Source: a virus
Lineage: Duplodnaviria > Caudoviricetes
DNA length: 64,000 nucleotides
Direction: 5' to 3' (one strand)
Virus record (IMG/VR): IMGVR_UViG_3300042946_000581
Coordinates: 1 to 64,000 of that record
The notes below the pieces were generated by a model. The model was not told where the DNA came from, did no database searches, and was given only the letters and a program-made list of their open reading frames with translations. Of the stretch, positions 1 through 8,019 are shown piece by piece; within the stretch, counting starts at the first letter, position 1; every line of letters begins with the position of its first letter. The translations under genes were made by a program, and so were the position numbers.

Positions 1-97
1 TTATGGTGTAGGGGCACACCACCCATAACACGGTTCGAGTCCGTGGATTGTCTGGGCTGGGGGTGGAAGATTAAGGTTCGAATCCTTTTTAATCAAC
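1..97 (+). tRNA. tRNA-like element (5' end truncated by window) with a 36-nt insert in place of the anticodon loop
   Basis: D-arm GTG/CAC, stem CCACCC(19-24)/GGGTGG(61-66), T-arm AAGG-TTCGAAT-CCTT, 3' acceptor TAATCAA; no assignable anticodon. Confidence 0.55.
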
Positions 98-105
98 AAA
101 CATTA

Positions 106-177
106 TGCAAGGAAGGGCAACGGTCGTCCGCTAGGCTCATAACCTAGAAGCTGTGGGTTCGATTCCCACCCTTGCGT
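106..177 (+). tRNA. tRNA-Met (CAT; Met/fMet/Ile2 not resolved)
   Basis: Acceptor TGCAAGG/CCTTGCG, anticodon arm CTAGG-CTCATAA-CCTAG, T-arm GTGGG-TTCGATT-CCCAC. Confidence 0.9.
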
Positions 178-186
178 CAAACAAAT

Positions 187-261
187 TGCAAGATGGACTG
201 GAGGTGGTTCCAGCTCGGTCTCATAAGCCGTACCATGTGGGTTCGACTCCCACTCTTGCAA
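187..261 (+). tRNA. tRNA-Met (CAT), second copy
   Basis: Acceptor TGCAAGA/TCTTGCA, CGGT-CTCATAA-GCCG, T-arm GTGGG-TTCGACT-CCCAC. Confidence 0.85.
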
Positions 262-267
262 CTAAAA

Positions 268-352
268 GGGTGTCTATCCAAACGGTGAAGGAGGATGACT
301 GTAAATCATTTGCTATATGCTAAACTTGGGGGTTCGAATCCCTCGGCACCCA
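268..352 (+). tRNA. tRNA-Tyr (GTA)
   Basis: GGGTGTC/GGCACCC acceptor, GATGA-CTGTAAA-TCATT, long variable arm, GGTTCGAATCC T-loop. Confidence 0.92.
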
Positions 353-356
353 CAAA

Positions 357-559
357 AGAAATGAAACCTTACATAGGATGGATTAGCACCATTGAAAGAG
401 AACTTGTCTCTCAGAGGATCGCAACCTAAATCGAGAGTAATAATGACCCAAGTTGTTATGTAGGAGACCCTGCTCTACTGTGCACGGTATCAGGCTATGG
501 GGAACAAACCATCGTAAAACTCTTGCCCATATAATACTTATGGAAGGACTTTCATTTCT
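357..559 (+). ncRNA. Putative ~200-nt structured ncRNA of unknown family
   Basis: Terminal 10-bp stem AGAAATGAAA/TTTCATTTCT plus internal helices AACTTG/CAAGTT, CCTG/CAGG, TACTG-TGCA-CGGTA, TATGGG/CCCATA; richer in GC than its flanks, no credible ORF. Confidence 0.55.
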
Positions 560-626
560 AATTTGCAGTAATAGCTCAATGGATATGTTCACATTCCTTG
601 AGACCTAAACATAAACCATTAAAAAA

Positions 627-701
627 GCATCAATAGCTCAATGGTAGAGTTCTTGTCTTCCAAACAAGATGTTGCGAGTTCGAATCTCGCTTGATGCTCC
701 A
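627..701 (+). tRNA. tRNA-Gly (TCC), CCA encoded
   Basis: GCATCAA/TTGATGC acceptor, CTTGT-CTTCCAA-ACAAG, GCGAG-TTCGAAT-CTCGC, TCCA end. Confidence 0.93.
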
Positions 702-720
702 TAAAATCTTTTAATTCGTT

Positions 721-1398
721 ATGGGTGAAAAGAAATTTAATTTTATTTATATGACTACTTGTTTAATTACATCAAAATACTATATTGGTATGCACTCAAC
801 CAATAATTTAAATGATGGATATTTTGGAAGTGGTAAAATTTTATCAAATTCAATAAAATTTTATGGTAAAGAAAATCATAAAATTGAGATTTTAGAACAT
901 TTTGATAATAGATTAGAATTAAAAAATAGAGAAAAAGAAATTGTTAATGAGTCATTATTAAATGATGTTTTATGTATGAATTTAGTTTTAGGTGGTGAAG
1001 GTGGATTTATAAGTGAGGAAGGCGCTAAAAAGGGTAGAGGTAAATGTGATGAAATTTTGAAAGTAAAATATGGTGAAAATTTCAAAAGTATTATATCTAA
1101 AAATTACCATAACAATTTAAATCCTGAACAAAAAGAAATACATATTAACAAAATTAAAGTATCCCATATTGGGTTAGATAAGAAAAATTTTTTAGGTAAA
1201 AAACATAATCAAGAAACAAAAGATAAAATATCTAAATCAAATTCAATTAACCAACAAGGAAACAAAAATTCACAATATGGTACTTGTTGGATTACTAAAG
1301 ATGGTTTGAATAAAAAAATTAAAATAGATGAAATTGTAGAATTTGAAAAAGAGGGTTGGAGAAAAGGGAGAGTTTTAGATAATATAAAGATAACATAG
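721..1398 (+). mobile_element. Free-standing GIY-YIG homing endonuclease (Seg-like) with NUMOD3-like DNA-binding motif
   Basis: FIYMTTCLITSKYYIGMH...YFGSG N-terminus, NLVLGGEGG, GKKHNQETKDKIS; located inside the tRNA cluster like T4 segB. Confidence 0.85.
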
Positions 1399-1403
1399 TA
1401 TGA

Positions 1404-1640
1404 ATGAAAACTTTTGAGGAGCAAAAAAGGTTAACTGAGTTAAAATATCTTAGAACTGGGGATAAAATCCATATTAAGTCTCGTGATGGTTTATATACCT
1501 TCTTAAAAAAAGACTTTAGAACTGGTGAAATTCATATAACCTGTAAAAGGTGGCAGTATGAAGAAAATCCGATAAGAGTAACAAGTTTTGATGATTTCAA
1601 ATGTTTGGCTGGTGGAATATGGAGAATTATTAACAATTAA
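1404..1640 (+). CDS. Hypothetical protein
   Basis: ORF track, co-oriented with neighbours. Confidence 0.6.
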   Translation: MKTFEEQKRLTELKYLRTGDKIHIKSRDGLYTFLKKDFRTGEIHITCKRWQYEENPIRVTSFDDFKCLAGGIWRIINN

Positions 1641-1654
1641 TTTTTAAAAAGATT

Positions 1655-1873
1655 ATGAATAAGTCTGAAATAATTAAACAGATTAAAGATTTGAGTGGTT
1701 TTAATAGTTCTGATGCAACGATGGCTATAAATGTCGTGCAAGAAATTTTAACAACATCGTTATCAAAAGGTGAAAAAATAACCATTCCAAATTTTGGAAC
1801 ATTTGAAGTTGAGAACACAAAAATAATTTTTAAACCTAGTAAAAATTTGTTAAAGTCAATTAATAGCTTATAG
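1655..1873 (+). CDS. HU/IHF family DNA-binding protein (shortened arm)
   Basis: MNKSEIIKQI...LSKGEKITIPNFGTFEV...FKPSKNL matches the HU pattern; the RNP arm is missing. Confidence 0.85.
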   Translation: MNKSEIIKQIKDLSGFNSSDATMAINVVQEILTTSLSKGEKITIPNFGTFEVENTKIIFKPSKNLLKSINSL

Positions 1874-1900
1874 AGGAACTTGGGATATTAAATATAAAAA

Positions 1901-1974
1901 GGGGGATTAGCTCATTCAGCAAGAGCACTTGTTTTGCACACAAGAGGTGGTCGGAGCAAAGCCGACATCCTCCA
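1901..1974 (+). tRNA. tRNA-Ala (TGC) with atypical T-loop
   Basis: GGGGGAT/ATCCTCC acceptor with G3:U70, CTTGT-TTTGCAC-ACAAG, T-arm GTCGG-AGCAAAG-CCGAC. Confidence 0.85.
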
Positions 1975-2005
1975 CTAAACAATAAACATTTTTTAAAATA
2001 AATTT

Positions 2006-2605
2006 ATGAGAAAATTTTTAGTATTTTTAGTATTAGTAGTATTATTGACATCTTGGTCATATACACCCCCACGTAGGGTATTATTTATCGGTGATAGTTT
2101 AACCTGTGCAACTGGTGGGTGGCAAGACCAAGTTTCCAAACATTTTGGATATCAAAGGGTCAATTTATCTAAAGGTGGTGTTAGAACGGATTATATGAGG
2201 ACAACCCTAAATGCTTGTTTTAAAAACGATTCAGCTTTCTCACAAGTATTCATTTATGGTGGATGCAATGATGCTTTCTCTTATGTAAATCTCCAAGGTG
2301 CGGTTAATAACATTCAAATGATGGTTGATAGTTGTAATAGAAGAGGAATTGAACCAATTGTGATTGTGGGTTTTAATCCTGCTCAAGTAACAACAAAAAC
2401 TGTCTATGACGCAGAAACAACCAAGAGATGTGTTGGAAGATACATTGAGTTTCAAAAGTTGATGGTTCACGAGAAAACTGGTTTAAAAAATTGTAAGATA
2501 ATTCCAATGGATACAACAATGTTTTATAGTGATACTGGTGATGGAATTCATTTTGCAGCGAGTGGTCATAGAAAATTTGCTAATTGGGTTATAAAACATA
2601 TGTAA
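2006..2605 (+). CDS. Secreted SGNH/GDSL hydrolase (esterase)
   Basis: Signal peptide; FIGDSLT, NLSKGG, GGCND and DGIHF blocks. Confidence 0.85.
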   Translation: MRKFLVFLVLVVLLTSWSYTPPRRVLFIGDSLTCATGGWQDQVSKHFGYQRVNLSKGGVRTDYMRTTLNACFKNDSAFSQVFIYGGCNDAFSYVNLQGAVNNIQMMVDSCNRRGIEPIVIVGFNPAQVTTKTVYDAETTKRCVGRYIEFQKLMVHEKTGLKNCKIIPMDTTMFYSDTGDGIHFAASGHRKFANWVIKHM

Positions 2606-2859
2606 AAATGAAAAAAATATTTTGGTTTTCAATTTTAATCACTATCTTTGTATCCTGTAACAAACACCCCACAATAGAACCTGGTGATATTGTTAAGAAG
2701 TGTGTAATTGATACGATGTATATTACAGAATCAACATCCACAATTGAATTTGGTAAGAGATATAATTATAAAACCGATTGTGATGAATTGATATTGACAA
2801 GAAGAAGTGATGTATATAAAATAGGGGATACAATAACCTACGTTTATAAAAGAAGATAA
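2584..2859 (+). CDS. Putative lipoprotein (likely start MKKIFWF at 2608)
   Basis: Hydrophobic signal with FVSC lipobox. Confidence 0.65.
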   Translation: MGYKTYVKMKKIFWFSILITIFVSCNKHPTIEPGDIVKKCVIDTMYITESTSTIEFGKRYNYKTDCDELILTRRSDVYKIGDTITYVYKRR

Positions 2860-2866
2860 TATATTG

Positions 2867-2941
2867 GCTGGTAAAGCATAGGTGGTGATGCACTTGACTT
2901 GTAATCAAGATAATGGGGTTCGATTCCTCATACCAGCTCCA
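2867..2941 (+). tRNA. tRNA-Thr (TGT), CCA encoded
   Basis: GCTGGTA/TACCAGC, CTTGA-CTTGTAA-TCAAG, GGTTCGATTCC. Confidence 0.92.
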
Positions 2942-2955
2942 AAAATCCCAATTGA

Positions 2956-3080
2956 TGTAGATAGATTGGGTGGTTAGCAAGCCCAATTGCTCGTATTATG
3001 GTTAATATGTCACTATAACCAGGGTTGCCAAGACCAGATTGTTGGCAGTTTACACGAGATAGTCACTCGCATTTTCTACA
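2956..3080 (+). ncRNA. Putative multi-branch structured ncRNA
   Basis: TGTAGA/TCTACA closing stem with ATTGGG/CCCAAT, CTCGT/ACGAG, GGTTA/TAACC and TGCCAA/TTGGCA helices. Confidence 0.5.
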
Positions 3081-3246
3081 AAAGGCAAAAAACACTAGTC
3101 CGTTTCTACAGGATGATGGGGTATTGAAAAAGTGTAGCTAACTTGGAAGATACCCCAAAATTTTTTAAAAAAAACATAGGAAAAAATGAATAATTCAGGA
3201 AGAACAACTATCTTTGTCTTATTAATCACTGAAACACATAATCACA

Positions 3247-3477
3247 ATGGCTAAAGAGAAAAAAACAATCCAAGTTGAGTTATTAAAAGAATTCGCAAAC
3301 AACTATTTGGCTATTCCAATGGTTTCTATCCAAGAAAAAATGGGCATTATCACAATGATTGAAAAGGTTCTACATGAATCCAATGCTTATAAAGGCTATA
3401 TGTATTTGAAACTTGAAGAAAACAATACCCCACCAGCATTTGAAACTGAGGGGTGGGTAACAAGAAAATATTTTTAG
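3247..3477 (+). CDS. Hypothetical protein
   Basis: ORF track; preceded by TATCTTTG (-7 box-like). Confidence 0.65.
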   Translation: MAKEKKTIQVELLKEFANNYLAIPMVSIQEKMGIITMIEKVLHESNAYKGYMYLKLEENNTPPAFETEGWVTRKYF

Positions 3478-3574
3478 CGGTTGTGACACCTAATAATTCA
3501 CAAGTAGTGGTTGACACTTAGAATGTTACCTGACTTTATGGTTTGGAATAGAAAAACCGAAAACTTTTAAAACT

Positions 3575-3847
3575 TTGAATATTATGACACTTATTTATGT
3601 AATCTTGGATAGTAACGATAGAATTCCTATTCTAACTACAAGTAGTATTGAAAAAGCTGAATTACTTTTGAATCAATATATGGGTGTTGAAGGTCCTATA
3701 TTTGATGAAAGTGTTGAGTATATAGGTTTTGAACCGTTTGATGACAGAGGTTATTATACACCTTATGAAGGTGAATACAAATATAAAACTGAAGATGGTG
3801 AACAAAGATTCATAAGATATTGTATGGGATTAGATACTTTAAATTAA
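3575..3847 (+). CDS. Hypothetical protein
   Basis: ORF track. Confidence 0.6.
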   Translation: MNIMTLIYVILDSNDRIPILTTSSIEKAELLLNQYMGVEGPIFDESVEYIGFEPFDDRGYYTPYEGEYKYKTEDGEQRFIRYCMGLDTLN

Positions 3848-3852
3848 AATTT

Positions 3853-3924
3853 AGTCTTGTAGGCAAATTGGTAAGTCACGAATACTAATGTAGGGGTACG
3901 CAGGTTCGATTCCTGTCAGGACTA
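3853..3924 (+). pseudogene. Pseudo-tRNA / tRNA-like RNA with intact acceptor, D and T arms but a broken anticodon arm
   Basis: AGTCTTG/CAGGACT, GGC-AAATTGGTAA-GTC, GCAGG-TTCGATT-CCTGT; anticodon stem does not pair. Confidence 0.6.
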
Positions 3925-3930
3925 CAACAT

Positions 3931-4019
3931 TTAAAACATCAACTCGTAAAGAAAATGATGGCAAAGAGGTTCAGATTAAAGGTAACGGGCTCCTACCTAC
4001 CCTGAACAAGATGTTTTAA
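3931..4019 (+). ncRNA. Putative ~90-nt structured RNA
   Basis: 10-bp closing stem TTAAAACATC/GATGTTTTAA; inner GTTCAG/CTGAAC and AGGTA/TACCT. Confidence 0.45.
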
Positions 4020-4046
4020 TTAATATGGTCAAGTGGCGGAATATTT

Positions 4047-4119
4047 GCACCCATAGCTCAACTGGAAGAGCAAAAATTTTCTAAGTTTTCGGTTGTAGGT
4101 TCGAGTCCTACTGGGTGTA
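4047..4119 (+). tRNA. tRNA-Arg (TCT)
   Basis: GCACCCA/TGGGTGT, AAAAT-TTTCTAA-GTTTT, GTAGG-TTCGAGT-CCTAC. Confidence 0.9.
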
Positions 4120-4139
4120 CTAAAACAAATTATAAAATT

Positions 4140-4325
4140 ATGAAATTTAAAGTAGGAGACAAAGTTTACAAACCGAAAGGTTACAAATTCCCAGGTATAG
4201 TTGTTGCGGTATTCCAAACTACATCTGGTGAAACAAGAATTGTTGCAGAATTAATTGATAATGGTATGTTACACATATTTAGTGAAAGTCAGTTAGAACT
4301 TGATAATGATGAAAAAAATGATTAA
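4140..4325 (+). CDS. Small hypothetical protein (SH3/KOW-like beta barrel)
   Basis: MKFKVGDKV...GYKFPGIVVAVF pattern. Confidence 0.6.
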   Translation: MKFKVGDKVYKPKGYKFPGIVVAVFQTTSGETRIVAELIDNGMLHIFSESQLELDNDEKND

Positions 4326-4566
4326 TATGGAAAAAACTCCAATACAAAACGTTATAGACAGAGTTGAAAAACTTGTTAGAGAAGCTAAACAAAATACAGA
4401 GGAAAAAAGAAAATTAAATATAGTTATTTCTTATCTTTGGGATGAGTTACAAAATGAAAGATATGTAATGTCTGAAATTTATGAAAAAAGTAAAAAAGAA
4501 GATAATGAAGTAACTGGAAAAATGTGGATTGAAAAAAATTTTATAGACTATCAAAAATTTTTATAA
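4300..4566 (+). CDS. Hypothetical protein
   Basis: ORF track. Confidence 0.55.
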   Translation: MIMMKKMINMEKTPIQNVIDRVEKLVREAKQNTEEKRKLNIVISYLWDELQNERYVMSEIYEKSKKEDNEVTGKMWIEKNFIDYQKFL

Positions 4567-4694
4567 TGAAAGACGAAAATCAAGGTAAAACAAATGACCA
4601 AAGAGAATTTGCAATGTTTATGTTCTCTGGTTCAATGTTAGCACTAATTGTATTAGGATTGGTTTATCTCATTAAGGTGGGATTTAACCTTTAA
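4566..4694 (+). CDS. 42-aa single-pass membrane protein (not in ORF track)
   Basis: Manual translation MKDENQGKTNDQREFAMFMFSGSMLALIVLGLVYLIKVGFNL; TAATG coupling to the upstream stop. Confidence 0.6.
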   Translation: MKDENQGKTNDQREFAMFMFSGSMLALIVLGLVYLIKVGFNL

Positions 4695-4701
4695 AAGAAA
4701 T

Positions 4702-4785
4702 GCCTGAGTGGTGGAATGGTAGACACGTTTGGCTTAGACCCAAATTCCGTTTAAAGGAGTAAGAGTTCGAATCTCTTCTTAGGTA
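4702..4785 (+). tRNA. tRNA-Leu (TAG)
   Basis: GCCTGAG/CTTAGGT, TTTGG-CTTAGAC-CCAAA, long variable arm, AAGAG-TTCGAAT-CTCTT. Confidence 0.92.
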
Positions 4786-4808
4786 CTAACATTTTAAAAA
4801 AAGAAATT

Positions 4809-5057
4809 ATGGATTTATTATTTGGTTCAATTTTTATGGGTATTGGGGTTTTCACCTTTTTTTGTTCATTCTCTTTTGTAGACAATAGAGGCATTTATTT
4901 ATTTATTCTTGGGGTTGTATTATTCTTCATTGGTTTAATAATCATCCCAAAAACACCCCCAAAACCAATTGAGATTAAATCAAACAAGGTAATTAATGTT
5001 GATTCAATTTATTTGCAAGGTTATAAAGATGGGATAAAAGATTGTAATAAAAATTGA
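4809..5057 (+). CDS. Membrane protein (2 TM)
   Basis: Two hydrophobic helices. Confidence 0.6.
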   Translation: MDLLFGSIFMGIGVFTFFCSFSFVDNRGIYLFILGVVLFFIGLIIIPKTPPKPIEIKSNKVINVDSIYLQGYKDGIKDCNKN

Positions 5058-5287
5058 ATTGTTGGGAACATTTGATTGAGTTATTTGGTTATAATAAAAA
5101 CAACTTAAAACTTAATATTATGAAAACCAAGAATAAACTTAAAGTTACAATTGATGCCATTGGTAATGGTGCTAGATTGGTGTATTTGGAGAATAACCCA
5201 CATGGGTTTGTATCAGTAACTAAGGTACACAAAAGTTCAAAACAATATTCACGTAAAAATAAGAGTAAAAAAGAATTATGGTATTAA
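5054..5287 (+). CDS. Small basic hypothetical protein (likely start MKTKNK at 5120)
   Basis: ORF track; K-rich C-terminus. Confidence 0.5.
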   Translation: MNCWEHLIELFGYNKNNLKLNIMKTKNKLKVTIDAIGNGARLVYLENNPHGFVSVTKVHKSSKQYSRKNKSKKELWY

Positions 5288-5868
5288 CAGAACAACAAGA
5301 AAAATTTCTTGAGTTTGTCAAAGAACAGCATGGCACTCAAGTGAGAAAATATACGGGAGAACCTTACTGGACTCATCCATTAGCTGTTGCGGAATTAGTA
5401 AATAAATATAAATCAGATTCTTTTAGTAATGGTGAAGTATTTGCTATAGAAATATCGTTAGGTCATAATTTATTAGAAGATACTCCTTGTACTATTGAAG
5501 CTTTAAGAAAAAAATTAAGTGAGATTGGTTATCCCTATTTAAGTACTGAGATGATTGTTTCAGGTATTGGTCATTTAACCGACACCTATACCAAAGAAGC
5601 TTATCCTAAACTCAATAGAGCCAAAAGAAAAACTATGGAAGTTGAAAGGCTTGGTAGAATCCCTGCTTATTGTCAAACAGTTAAATATGCTGACTTGATT
5701 GATAACCTTTCATCTATTGTTGAGTATGATAAATCTTTCGCTGTTACTTATCTTCAAGAGAAAAAAGAGTTACTTGAGAATATGAGGGGTGGAAATTTTG
5801 ATCTTTACTTGAAAGCAATAGAAGTTTATCTGGAAGCTTTAAAAACTCTTGAGGGAAAAGGATTTTGA
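5278..5868 (+). CDS. HD-domain phosphohydrolase, SpoT/MESH1-like (small alarmone hydrolase family)
   Basis: HGTQVRKYTGEPYWTHP...HNLLEDT...VKYADLIDN. Confidence 0.85.
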   Translation: MVLTEQQEKFLEFVKEQHGTQVRKYTGEPYWTHPLAVAELVNKYKSDSFSNGEVFAIEISLGHNLLEDTPCTIEALRKKLSEIGYPYLSTEMIVSGIGHLTDTYTKEAYPKLNRAKRKTMEVERLGRIPAYCQTVKYADLIDNLSSIVEYDKSFAVTYLQEKKELLENMRGGNFDLYLKAIEVYLEALKTLEGKGF

Positions 5869-5921
5869 TGAAATTCCTTATTGTCTAAAGTAAAACCTTT
5901 CACCATTCAACATAAATAAAA

Positions 5922-6413
5922 ATGAACATTTTTTTCTTAGACTACGATGTTGTTAAATGTGCTAAATACCATTGCGACAAACACGCAATCAAGATGATTT
6001 TGGAATCAGCACAATTATTATGTGGTGCCCACCACGCAACAAATTCCAAATTGGATATTCCTTATAAATTATCCCACAAAAACCACCCCTGTTCAATATG
6101 GGTTAGAGAATCATTATCTAACTATTTATACTTATGTGAACTTGGGTTGGAATTGTGTAAGGAGTATACTTATAGGTATGGAAAACGTCATAAATCCCAG
6201 GATGTTATTGAGTGGTGTGTAACAAATTTTGTCAATATTTGTGACAAAGGTTTTACTGAACCACCCAAAGCAATGCCGGATGAATATAAGGTTAAAGACG
6301 TTATTCAATCTTATAGGAACTATTACATTGGTGCAAAAAAAGATTTTGTTTCTTGGAAAAATCGTGATGTTCCCTATTGGTTTTGTGAAGAAAATCACTT
6401 AGAATTGGTATAA
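5922..6413 (+). CDS. Pyrimidine-dimer DNA glycosylase / endonuclease V-like protein
   Basis: MNIFFLD...CAKYHCDKHAIKMILESAQLL...HKNHPCSIWVRES...YRYGKRH...AMPDEYK. Confidence 0.8.
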   Translation: MNIFFLDYDVVKCAKYHCDKHAIKMILESAQLLCGAHHATNSKLDIPYKLSHKNHPCSIWVRESLSNYLYLCELGLELCKEYTYRYGKRHKSQDVIEWCVTNFVNICDKGFTEPPKAMPDEYKVKDVIQSYRNYYIGAKKDFVSWKNRDVPYWFCEENHLELV

Positions 6414-6454
6414 AAATAAAACTATGTATATATTCAATAAAATAATAACAGGAA

Positions 6455-6483
6455 TTTGGTTTCTATTATTTCTTCTATTTTTG
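6455..6483 (+). promoter_or_regulatory. Bacteroidota-type sigma70 promoter (early/middle)
   Basis: TTTG-N17-TATTTTTG upstream of 6510. Confidence 0.55.
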
Positions 6484-6509
6484 TTTACATTTAGAAAAAG
6501 AAGGAAAGC

Positions 6510-6749
6510 ATGAAAGAAAAATTAACAAAGTTTCAAACTAAGGTTTGGCAAACAATTGAACCCATAATTAAAAAAGAATCTTATCAAGTTAATTTGACAT
6601 TTGATGACGAATTTGTAATAACCAGAGATTCTAAATTTACAATTAAAATTTTTCCCAAAAAAGAAGTTTCAATAACACAAGACAAGACAATAATTTTTGA
6701 GGAAAAAAATATAACTGAATTCGTAAAATTCTTGGAAAACTTAAATTAA
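6510..6749 (+). CDS. Hypothetical protein
   Basis: ORF track. Confidence 0.6.
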   Translation: MKEKLTKFQTKVWQTIEPIIKKESYQVNLTFDDEFVITRDSKFTIKIFPKKEVSITQDKTIIFEEKNITEFVKFLENLN

Positions 6750-6753
6750 AAAA

Positions 6754-7059
6754 ATGAACATTAATGAAGCGTATGAGTTTGTTATGAACAAACTTGAAAG
6801 ATTGAAAAATGAGGGGATTGATTACACAATGAATGAATCAATTAAAACTCCAATATTGATTGAGAAATATGATAAACCAAACAGATTACCAGTTGATAAG
6901 TGGATTAATATCGCATTCAACTTGGAAAATGAAAGTGATATAAAGAAAATTCACGATATGGAAAATCTGTGTAAAATGGTTGGGATTTATTTTGATACCA
7001 GATTTGGTAAAGTCCAACGAGACTGGGAAATAGATTGGTCATTTAGATTAAATTCTTAA
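6754..7059 (+). CDS. Hypothetical protein
   Basis: ORF track; GIYFDT...RDWEIDWS motif. Confidence 0.65.
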   Translation: MNINEAYEFVMNKLERLKNEGIDYTMNESIKTPILIEKYDKPNRLPVDKWINIAFNLENESDIKKIHDMENLCKMVGIYFDTRFGKVQRDWEIDWSFRLNS

Positions 7060-7076
7060 AAAAATCCCCATTTAAT

Positions 7077-7107
7077 TTTGATATTAGGTGGGGATTTCTT
7101 AATTTTG
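7077..7107 (+). promoter_or_regulatory. Bacteroidota-type sigma70 promoter overlapping a terminator-like hairpin
   Basis: TTTG-N19-TAATTTTG within and after AAATCCCCA...TGGGGATTT. Confidence 0.55.
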
Positions 7108-7132
7108 TGAAACAATTAAAACTAATAAAACA

Positions 7133-7621
7133 ATGGGCACAAACTACTACAGAATTCCAAGTGTGGAAGAAATGGAAAAAAGAAAACAAGAGTTGATTGA
7201 TACCATTAATTCTTTGGATATTCATCCATTTTCAATTCAAAGAAACTTTAGAACAATTAAAAAACAAATTGATTCTATTGATTATTACTCAATTTGGGAT
7301 TTATTTGTTGAAGACACAAACATTCATTTGGGTAAACGTAGTAGTGGTTGGAAGTTTTTATGGAATTTTAATGACAAAAAATTTTATTCAAATAAAGAAG
7401 AATTATTGAACTTTATAAGAATAGGTAGGGTTATAGATGAGTATGGTAATGAAATGGATGTAGAAGAGTTTATCACAATGGCGTTAGTATGGGGGCAACC
7501 TGATGGATATGATTTAAAACGTTATAGACAAGAACATCCAAGACAATACCACTACGATTTTGAAGTAAAAGAAGAATATATAGATGAATTAAGAATTTCA
7601 CCAAATAATGAATTTAGTTAA
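7133..7621 (+). CDS. Hypothetical phage protein
   Basis: MGTNYY...IHLGKRSSGWKF...IDEYG...EFS motif set. Confidence 0.7.
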   Translation: MGTNYYRIPSVEEMEKRKQELIDTINSLDIHPFSIQRNFRTIKKQIDSIDYYSIWDLFVEDTNIHLGKRSSGWKFLWNFNDKKFYSNKEELLNFIRIGRVIDEYGNEMDVEEFITMALVWGQPDGYDLKRYRQEHPRQYHYDFEVKEEYIDELRISPNNEFS

Positions 7622-7642
7622 CAATTTAAAAAATAAAATATT

Positions 7643-7921
7643 ATGGCTAAGAGACTTTCATATGAAGAAAAAAAGGAAAAATTGTTCGTTGACATCATAA
7701 ATAAGATGTTTGAAATCGCTGGTCACAAGGTTACCTTTGAGGATATCAAAGATCGTAAGGATGCTTGGTACAATGATTGGACAATGACTGAAGACCAATA
7801 TAACGAATGGAGAAAATGGGGGGGTAAAGAATTAAAGAAAAAATTGAAATTAACTGACACTTATGCTGATAGACAAATGGCAATGATTGGGTTAAATTGG
7901 GGTTTGAAATTTGATAAATAA
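7643..7921 (+). CDS. Hypothetical protein
   Basis: ORF track. Confidence 0.65.
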   Translation: MAKRLSYEEKKEKLFVDIINKMFEIAGHKVTFEDIKDRKDAWYNDWTMTEDQYNEWRKWGGKELKKKLKLTDTYADRQMAMIGLNWGLKFDK

Positions 7922-7944
7922 GATATTTATACTAAAAAAGAAGT

Positions 7945-8019
7945 ATGAAAAAATTTATTTGTAAATTTGTCCAAAAAATAACTTTTGGTAAAGTTTGTCT
8001 TGGGTGGTGTAAATTATAA
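7945..8019 (+). CDS. 24-aa cationic Cys-containing micropeptide (not in ORF track)
   Basis: MKKFICKFVQKITFGKVCLGWCKL; ATATTTATA late motif at 7923 and terminator at 8020-8046. Confidence 0.6.
   Translation: MKKFICKFVQKITFGKVCLGWCKL

Noticed and set aside
383-592. 69-aa minus-strand ORF
   Set aside because: It is antisense to the tRNA array, has atypical composition, and is better explained as structured RNA
3093-3135. Purine-riboswitch-like GTTTCTAC motif
   Set aside because: The P2/P3 loop motifs and three-way junction are absent
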